Source: Candidatus Doudnabacteria bacterium
GTDB taxonomy: Bacteria; Patescibacteriota; Doudnabacteria; UBA920
Direction of reading: 5' to 3'
Assembly: GCA_038203095.1 (NCBI GenBank)
Contig: JBBREH010000001.1
Span: 431-64,430, forward strand
Length of the DNA: 64,000 nt
This document shows positions 57,355 through 64,000 of the stretch, one piece after another. The notes beneath the pieces are model-generated. The model was given only the letters and a program-made list of their open reading frames with translations, was not told the origin of the DNA and did no database searches. The stretch's first letter is position 1. Each line of letters begins with the position of its first letter. The translations under genes and the position numbers were made by a program.

Positions 57355-58889
57355 CTCACCGTACAGTAAAAAATTCCGTTTATTCTTTAATCGGTTTTAC
57401 TTGGCCGCTGCTTTTGTCATTCGTCGCCACGCCAATTATTGTTCGCGGCCTTGGCGTTTCCAGATTTGGTTTTTTTACTTTGCTCAATACCATGTTAATG
57501 CTTTTTGGTTTGTTGGATTTCGGCATTAGCTATACTTTAACTAAGCGGCTTTCGGAAAATAGGGAGCAGCCGGGCGGCCGCGAACTGTCTGAAATTTTTA
57601 GCTCCAGCCTAATTTTGTATGCCATTTTGGGAGCAGCGTCTATGTTTTTGTTAATGCTTCTGCCGGATGCTTTTCGCCATTTGTTTAAAATCCCGGAAGG
57701 TTTTATTTCATCTTACGGCCTGGCATTTTTTATTTTAGGCGCGGTATTTTTAATGAAAATGCTTGTTATCCCACTGTCCCAAATTCCTTACGCCTTGCAG
57801 CGCCAGGACATTACAACCAACATAAGCCTTATAAACAATGGATTACTGCAATTAGGCAGTATTTATGTAATTAAAACCGGCCACGGGGTTTTGGGCTTGC
57901 TGGTTGTACAGTTAATTTCAGCCGCTTTTTTACTTCTTAGTTTGTATTTAGTCTGGCATAGGCTGGCGCCAAACTTAAAATTTATATTTACTCTTCCCAA
58001 AGAAACCGTTAAGACTATTGGCCGCCAGGGCGCTTGGGTTTTTTTAAGCAATACCATGGGCAACATTTTGGCCCAGCTGGACAAATTTGTTTTGGGCGCA
58101 ATTTTGGGGCCCACAACAGTTGGCTATTACGGCAACTCTCAACTTATCCCTGAAAAAATTTCTGCCACCTCGTTTAGCCTATCGTATATTTTTTTCCCGA
58201 TATTTTCCGAAGCATCTGTCAACCAGCAAGAGGGGGAAAACAGGGTTAAGGTAATTTTTCGGCGCAGTCTGGGACTGATTCCTATTGTGACGGCCGCCCT
58301 GGCCGTCTTGGTTTTGGTTTACGGCTACCAATTGATGCATTTTTGGATTAATAAAGACGTGGCCGACCACACAGCGCTGGCCGTTCCGTTATTAACAATT
58401 ACTTATTTTTTGTTGTCCTTCGGTCATTTTTTTCATGCCTTTTTAAGCGGCCTAAAAGAGCTCAGACTTTTGGCATTAAGCTTTATGGTGGTGGCAGGCG
58501 TAGATGTGGTTTTTATGTTTATTCTTATTCCACACTACGCTGTTAACGGAGCCGCCTTTGCTTATTTGCTAAGCAGCCTGCCGGTCTTGCCGTTTATTTA
58601 TTATATAGAGCGGCGCTATTTTAAAAGCGCGCGCGGCGACATTTTGGCATTTTACGGCAAGCTCTTTGCAAAAATATTTTTGGTGGGCAGCATAACTTTT
58701 TTGGTTAGCTGGTTTGCCTTGCGCCCGTTCGTTAATAATCTGCCTTTGGCTATGTTATTGGGGGCTTTAAGTTTTGTCTTTTACTTTTTGGTTTACTGGC
58801 GGTTTGGTTTTTTTGCCCGGGAAGATGAGGCTTTGTTTAAAGTTTACCTTGCCCGTTTTCTAGTTTTTTTAAAATTAAAAGCTTTATAG
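57339..58889 (+). CDS. wzx: Oligosaccharide flippase (Wzx-like)
   Basis: About 12-14 TM segments, LLDFGIS, QLDKFVLGAILG...VGYY. Confidence 0.85.
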   Translation: MADSLTHRTVKNSVYSLIGFTWPLLLSFVATPIIVRGLGVSRFGFFTLLNTMLMLFGLLDFGISYTLTKRLSENREQPGGRELSEIFSSSLILYAILGAASMFLLMLLPDAFRHLFKIPEGFISSYGLAFFILGAVFLMKMLVIPLSQIPYALQRQDITTNISLINNGLLQLGSIYVIKTGHGVLGLLVVQLISAAFLLLSLYLVWHRLAPNLKFIFTLPKETVKTIGRQGAWVFLSNTMGNILAQLDKFVLGAILGPTTVGYYGNSQLIPEKISATSFSLSYIFFPIFSEASVNQQEGENRVKVIFRRSLGLIPIVTAALAVLVLVYGYQLMHFWINKDVADHTALAVPLLTITYFLLSFGHFFHAFLSGLKELRLLALSFMVVAGVDVVFMFILIPHYAVNGAAFAYLLSSLPVLPFIYYIERRYFKSARGDILAFYGKLFAKIFLVGSITFLVSWFALRPFVNNLPLAMLLGALSFVFYFLVYWRFGFFAREDEALFKVYLARFLVFLKLKAL

Positions 58890-58957
58890 GCAATATTTTA
58901 TATGGTATTATTGTAGAGTGATTGGATTTTTTTTGAGTATTTGAAAATTTAAAATAT

Positions 58958-59587
58958 ATGAAAATATTAGAGGTTAAAAGCTTGAGCCTGTCTGATGTGA
59001 AGGTGTTTCGTTATGGGAAATTTTCGGACAGTCGTGGTTATTTTACTGAAACTTTTAGGAAAAGCGATGTTTTTAAAAATTCGGAACTGTCTTTTTTGCG
59101 AGATTTTGATTTTGTTCAGATTAATGAAAGTTTTGGAAATAAGGGTGTAATTAAGGGTTTGCATTTTCAGTGGGAGCCCGCATTGGGGAAACTCGTAAGA
59201 GTTGTAAGTGGACACATGCTTGATCTGGCTTTAGACATTCGTAAAAATTCACCAACTTACGGGAAAATTATTATTTATGATATGCCGGATAACGCGGGGG
59301 AAAATTATGGAGAATGGATTTGGTTGCCTCCTGGGTTTGCGCACGGCTGTTGTTTTTTAACAGATACGATAATGGAGTATTTTTTTACGGCTAACTGGAA
59401 TCCTGACACGGAAGCAGGTATTGCTCCCGTCTCCGATGGCCTTGACTGGTCTTTGTGCGAACCGGATTTAAAAACCAAGTTTAATTCAGTTCTCCAAACA
59501 GGGAGTATAGTGAGCGAAAGAGACAACAAAGGCCTGAGTTTAAAAGACTGGACGCTGGATTTAAGATCTAAAAATATTATTTATTAA
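58958..59587 (+). CDS. rmlC: dTDP-4-dehydrorhamnose 3,5-epimerase family
   Basis: DSRGYFTETF, GLHFQ, KLVRV, DIRKNSPTYG, PPGFAHG. Confidence 0.88.
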   Translation: MKILEVKSLSLSDVKVFRYGKFSDSRGYFTETFRKSDVFKNSELSFLRDFDFVQINESFGNKGVIKGLHFQWEPALGKLVRVVSGHMLDLALDIRKNSPTYGKIIIYDMPDNAGENYGEWIWLPPGFAHGCCFLTDTIMEYFFTANWNPDTEAGIAPVSDGLDWSLCEPDLKTKFNSVLQTGSIVSERDNKGLSLKDWTLDLRSKNIIY

Positions 59588-59590
59588 ACA

Positions 59591-60316
59591 ATGATTAAGG
59601 ATCAAAAAATATTATTTACTGGCGGGAGCGGGCTTTTGGGAGGTGAAGTGCAAAAGTTAATCCCTAAAGCTTTATTTCCGGATTCAAAAATTTTTAACCT
59701 TACTCAATACAAACAAATGGAAAGGTACGTGGCTAAGTATAAACCGGAGCTTATAATCCATGCCGCGGCTTTTACTTCGCCGCCAATTATAGAGAAAAAC
59801 GCGGAAAAGGCTTTGGATGTAAATATTCTAGGCACGGTAAATATTGTTAAGTTGTGTTTCAAGTTCGGAATTAGGTTGGTTTACGTTTGCACGGATTATG
59901 TTTTTAAAGGCGATAAGGGTAATTACAGGGAAGAAGATTCGGTATTGCCGGTTAATAAATACGCCTGGTCTAAACTGGGCGGGGAGTGCGCCGCCAGGCT
60001 TTTGGATGACTCTTTAATTTTAAGAATTTCTATGGGCGAAAAAATTTTCCCCTACCCGCAGGCTTTTGTTGACCATTTTACCAGTCGTGAAACCGCGGAC
60101 GTGATTGCAAAAAAAATTGTCAGGGTTTCAAAAGCCGGTTTAAGCGGTGTTCTGCATTTAGGCACTAAAAGGCGCTCGGTTTACGAATACGCTAAAACTA
60201 TAGGCGGCAAAGGGCCTATTGGAAAAATTTCCATTAAAGACGTCAATTTTACCGTCCCGCATGACACATCACTAAATACTGGCAAATATTTAAAATTGTT
60301 CGGCCGAAAATCATAA
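59591..60316 (+). CDS. RmlD-like sugar nucleotide reductase
   Basis: TGGSGLLG, IHAAAFT, TDYVF.G..GNY.E.D...P.N.YAWSK. Confidence 0.85.
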   Translation: MIKDQKILFTGGSGLLGGEVQKLIPKALFPDSKIFNLTQYKQMERYVAKYKPELIIHAAAFTSPPIIEKNAEKALDVNILGTVNIVKLCFKFGIRLVYVCTDYVFKGDKGNYREEDSVLPVNKYAWSKLGGECAARLLDDSLILRISMGEKIFPYPQAFVDHFTSRETADVIAKKIVRVSKAGLSGVLHLGTKRRSVYEYAKTIGGKGPIGKISIKDVNFTVPHDTSLNTGKYLKLFGRKS

Positions 60317-60330
60317 TTAATTAAAATTAT

Positions 60331-60780
60331 ATGATAGCAGACGTAGTTATTACCCCCTTAAAAAAAATTTGCGACGAGCGCGGCTCGGTTATGCATATGC
60401 TAAAAAGCACGGATTCGCATTTTAAAAAGTTCGGCGAAATTTATTTTTCCACCGTGTATCCGGGCATTATTAAGGCCTGGCATTTGCATAAAACTATGAC
60501 CTTAAATTATGCAGTCGTTACAGGCGAAATCAAATTAGTGTTGTTTGACCAAAGGCAGGGCTCGCCAACTAAAGGTCAGCTGCAGGAAATTTTTATTGGC
60601 GAAAAAAACTACTGTTTGGTAACCGTACCATGCGGGGTTGTGAATGGTTTTAAGGGCATTGGGCTTAAGGAAGCTATTGTTGCCAACTGTAGCACAGAGG
60701 CGCATGACCCCGATGAAATTGTAAGAATTGACCCCTTAAGTAACAACATTCCTTACATTTGGGGGATTAAACATGGATAG
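60331..60780 (+). CDS. RmlC-like cupin epimerase
   Basis: DERG, FGEIYFS, KAWHLH, D.RQGSPT. Confidence 0.85.
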   Translation: MIADVVITPLKKICDERGSVMHMLKSTDSHFKKFGEIYFSTVYPGIIKAWHLHKTMTLNYAVVTGEIKLVLFDQRQGSPTKGQLQEIFIGEKNYCLVTVPCGVVNGFKGIGLKEAIVANCSTEAHDPDEIVRIDPLSNNIPYIWGIKHG

Positions 60781-61647
60781 TAAAATTTTAATTACCGGTT
60801 CCGGCGGTTTTTTGGGTAAAAATTTATACGGAATTTTGTCTAGAAAGGCCTTGGTTAAGGGAGTTGGCCGAAGCCCAGGATCTTGTGTAGATAAAATTGC
60901 TGATTTAAGCGACCGCACTCAATGCCTTGAGGTTTTAGGAGAGGTAAAGCCTTCTGTTATAATCCATTGCGCAGCTTTTAGTAATGTCGATGCGGCAGAA
61001 GCAGGCAAGGAAGAAGCAATGAAGAGCAATGTGGCATCAGTGGATAACCTGGCAGCTTGGGCTAAGCTTAACCAGGCGCGCTTTATTTTTATTTCTAGCG
61101 ATTACGTCTACGACGGAAAAAAAGGTAACTTTAACGAGGAAGATTCTATAAATCCGTTGCAGTACTATGGCCAAACTAAAGCCATTGGCGAAGAAATTGT
61201 TAGTAGTTTGCCGAATTTTGTGATTTTAAGGCCTACGGTAATTTATGGCTGGGACGAGGGCGGAAAGAATTTTTTTATGCAGCTTTACCGAAACATGCGC
61301 GGGCATAAGCCTATGGTGGTGCCGACGGACCAAATTAGCAACCCCACCTCAGTCGTGGACCTGAGTCTTTTAATTAGCCTGGCTGTTGACCGGCCGGCTG
61401 TTTCTGGCATTTTTGTTTCCACCGGCCCTGAGCCTATGTCGCGCTATGATTTTGCCTGCCGCACTTGTGAGTATTTTAGCTGGGACAAAAGCCTGTTAGT
61501 TCCCAAAACTACTGCAGAAATTGGCAGACTTGCCCCCGCCCATTAAATAACTCCACCAATTCGGCAAAAATTCAGCGTGCCTATGATTTTCGCTTCCGGA
61601 GTTTGGAGCAAAATTTGAGTGAAATTAAAGAGATTATGGTCAAATGA
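60773..61647 (+). pseudogene. RmlD-like reductase with a frameshift near the 3' end
   Basis: TGSGGFLG, SSDYVYDG, YGQTK; one extra C at 61533-61537 restores APRPLN... to TGA at 61647, overlapping the next ATG. Confidence 0.75.
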
Positions 61648-62579
61648 CTTTTACCATTGCTATCCCATCTTATAATAAAGAAAAATATATAGAGCGTTGC
61701 TTAAAAAGCGCGCTTAGTCAGTTGCCCTTTGAGGGGGAAATTTTATTGGTTGATAATTGTTCAACCGATAAAACTTTTGCAATAGCCAAGCAATTTGGGC
61801 CTGGTGTCCGCTGTGTGCAAAATAGCTCAAATTTAGGCATGGCGGGGAATTGGAATCGTTGCATTGAATTATGTCAAACAGACTTGCTCATGATTTTACA
61901 TGCCGACGATGAGTTGCTTTTGGGCGCTGTCCAAAACTATCTGGAATTTTTTCGGCAATATCCGGAGGCCGGACTGGTCCACGTCCATTTCTATAATATC
62001 AGAAATCAGGATCTTTCCACCAGGCAGCTTGTTAATTCCGGGCCGCGCGAGCTAAGCCCGGCGGGGTATAAGACCATGGAATTTTCGAACGGTTACCACT
62101 GTTCCACTGTGGTAGTGAAAAAATCAGCTTATATTGTTTTAGGAAATTTCATTGAGTCAATGGCGTCAGATCTGGAAATGTGGGTAAGAATAGCTTCCCG
62201 CTACAGTGTCGGCAATCTTGGCCTTCCGGCAGTCAATGTTTATTTGGACGACAATTCCACCGGTCGCATTGCTTTAAAAATTCGCAGCGTAAAAGAAATA
62301 GAGGCCGATTTACAAAATCTTAACCTGCATATAAACCGGCTTTATCCTGAAAGCCAGCAAAAACAGCGGCAAGCAGCATCTAAATTAGGCATGGCCGGCG
62401 CTTTGATGGTTGTGTGTACAACTAATATAAAATCAGGAAATTATCGGCAGGCTTCCGAAGCTTTATTAAAGATGTTATTTAAATATGGCGGATTTTCCGT
62501 AGCTATCAAAGCTGTGGGAAGCTACCTGAAATATCGGCTCAAGTTAATGCAGCTGGCTAAGGCTAAACCGCCAGCTTAA
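61644..62579 (+). CDS. GT2 glycosyltransferase
   Basis: IAIPSYN, VDNCSTD.T, NLGMAGNWN, LHADD, DLEMWVR. Confidence 0.9.
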   Translation: MTFTIAIPSYNKEKYIERCLKSALSQLPFEGEILLVDNCSTDKTFAIAKQFGPGVRCVQNSSNLGMAGNWNRCIELCQTDLLMILHADDELLLGAVQNYLEFFRQYPEAGLVHVHFYNIRNQDLSTRQLVNSGPRELSPAGYKTMEFSNGYHCSTVVVKKSAYIVLGNFIESMASDLEMWVRIASRYSVGNLGLPAVNVYLDDNSTGRIALKIRSVKEIEADLQNLNLHINRLYPESQQKQRQAASKLGMAGALMVVCTTNIKSGNYRQASEALLKMLFKYGGFSVAIKAVGSYLKYRLKLMQLAKAKPPA

Positions 62580-62682
62580 TTTTAGCCTTTTGGCTTGTTT
62601 TGGCTTTTCATAGTAAAATAGTTAGTGAAAGGCCTAAATCACAAATTTTATTATTTATTTTTGACATTAAAGAGATAAACTT

Positions 62683-63477
62683 ATGAAAGTTGTAATTTTG
62701 TGCGGCGGGGAAGGTACCCGTATGAAAGAGGAGACAGAATTTAAGCCTAAGCCCCTGGTGGAAGTAGGCGGGTTGCCTATGCTTTGGCATATTATGAAAA
62801 TTTACAGCCATTACGGCTATAACGATTTTGTGCTGGCTTTGGGTTATAAGGGTAATATGATTAAGGATTATTTTTTGAACTGGCGTACGCATGTGAATGA
62901 TTTTACCTTGAAGACTAAAGCTCACGGGCTTGAAATCCACGGCCAAGGCCAGGGCGATATGAATATTACTTTTGTCGACACCGGACTAAAGGCTCTAACA
63001 GGGGAGCGCTTGCGCCGCGTGGCAAAATATATAGACACAGACCAGTTTATGCTTACTTACGGCGACGGCGTGGCCGACATTAATATAAAAGAGCTGGTAG
63101 CTTTTCATAATAAGCAGGGCACACTTGGCACTATTACAGGCGTCAGGCCTCTTACCAAGTTGGGAATAGTCCATCACGACAAACAAACGAACAAAGTTAT
63201 TGGCTTTAGCCAAAATTTAGTCGGTGAATATATAGACAAGCAGAACTACCATGATTTTTTAATTAACGGCGGGTTTATGGTGTTTAATAGGCAAGTTCTG
63301 GACAGGATACCCGAAAATAGTATGATAGAAGAAATATTCATTCCTATGACCAAGGAAGGTGAGTTGTCTCTTTATAACCACCCGGGTAAATGGAAAGCTA
63401 TGGATACTTACAAGGAAGTGGAAGAGTTAAATGAGTATTGGCAGAGCGATCCGTTTTGGAAAGTTTGGAAAGAATGA
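62683..63477 (+). CDS. rfbF: Glucose-1-phosphate cytidylyltransferase
   Basis: LCGGEGTRM.EETE..PKP, LWHIMK.Y, LGYKG, TYGDGV, INGGF, MDT.KE. Confidence 0.92.
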   Translation: MKVVILCGGEGTRMKEETEFKPKPLVEVGGLPMLWHIMKIYSHYGYNDFVLALGYKGNMIKDYFLNWRTHVNDFTLKTKAHGLEIHGQGQGDMNITFVDTGLKALTGERLRRVAKYIDTDQFMLTYGDGVADINIKELVAFHNKQGTLGTITGVRPLTKLGIVHHDKQTNKVIGFSQNLVGEYIDKQNYHDFLINGGFMVFNRQVLDRIPENSMIEEIFIPMTKEGELSLYNHPGKWKAMDTYKEVEELNEYWQSDPFWKVWKE

Positions 63478-63581
63478 TCACAGATACACAGATAAAAGCA
63501 GATTACACAGATGCGATAATTTAACTACGACCGGATTTTATAAAAACCGTATTTATTGAGAAGTTTGTAATTTATTAAAAC

Positions 63582-64000
63582 ATGGATTCTACTTTAAATA
63601 ATAAAAATGTTCTGGTTACGGGCGGGGCAGGGCTGGTGGGCAGCCATTTGGTGGAAAAGCTTTTAGCTTTGGGAGCTAAGGTTTTTGTTTTGGATATTGT
63701 GGTGTTGCCCAAGTCTTATTTTGAAAGCCAAAAATTGGCAGAGCGAGTAAAATTACTAATGGTGGATTTGGCGGACTATGAAAAGGTTAAAGCAGTTGTC
63801 AACCAAAACAATATAGAATACATTTTTCATTTGGGCGCGCAGGCTTTGGTGGGTGAGGCTTTTATAAATCCGCGCCGGACTTTTGAAAGCAATGTGATGG
63901 GCACGGTGAATATTTTGGAAGCGGCCAGGCAAACATCAGCGGTTAAAGCCATTTTGGTGGCTTCCAGCGACAAAGCCTACGGCAAAGACTGCGTAAATGT
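63582..64000 (+). CDS. NDP-sugar 4,6-dehydratase (RfbG-like), truncated by the window end
   Basis: MDSTLNNKNVLVTGGAGLVGSHL, FHLGAQALV, ASSDKAYG; follows rfbF. Confidence 0.8.
   Translation, partial: MDSTLNNKNVLVTGGAGLVGSHLVEKLLALGAKVFVLDIVVLPKSYFESQKLAERVKLLMVDLADYEKVKAVVNQNNIEYIFHLGAQALVGEAFINPRRTFESNVMGTVNILEAARQTSAVKAILVASSDKAYGKDCVN

Noticed and set aside
1-64000. Alternative genetic code (TGA=Gly, as in Gracilibacteria/Absconditabacteria)
   Set aside because: Conserved genes are full length under code 11 and several end at TGA in the expected position

Overview
Bacterial chromosomal window, about 40% GC, standard genetic code, with mostly SD-less AT-rich leaders. Gene content and style suggest Patescibacteria/CPR (inference). 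Housekeeping genes: rel, mutM, groES/groEL with a CIRCE-like operator, rpmF, nusB, HU, tRNA-Gly, metK with a compact SAM-I-like riboswitch, glpX-fba-LOG-tal and tRNA-Pro. The right half holds a RAYT transposase, a 1215-aa S-layer-like protein followed by two O-antigen-ligase/TPR proteins, and a >20-kb glycan biosynthesis cluster including an intein-containing gmd. The most striking non-standard signals are: (1) stop-to-start intergenic elements whose arms are inverted arrays of 7-10-nt repeats, seen as 'full' (carrying a four-helix-bundle/IVP gene), truncated and 'empty' forms at many operon junctions; (2) REP-like palindromes inserted in frame into at least five proteins, with intergenic sister copies; (3) diverged duplicates of gene ends (metK 3' x2, glpX 5', tRNA-Gly 3', rmlC 3') bracketing accessory genes with no integrase; (4) four unrelated ~160-170-bp fold-back elements; (5) an apparently circularly permuted HAD protein. 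All product calls rest on motif recognition by eye; no database search was run.
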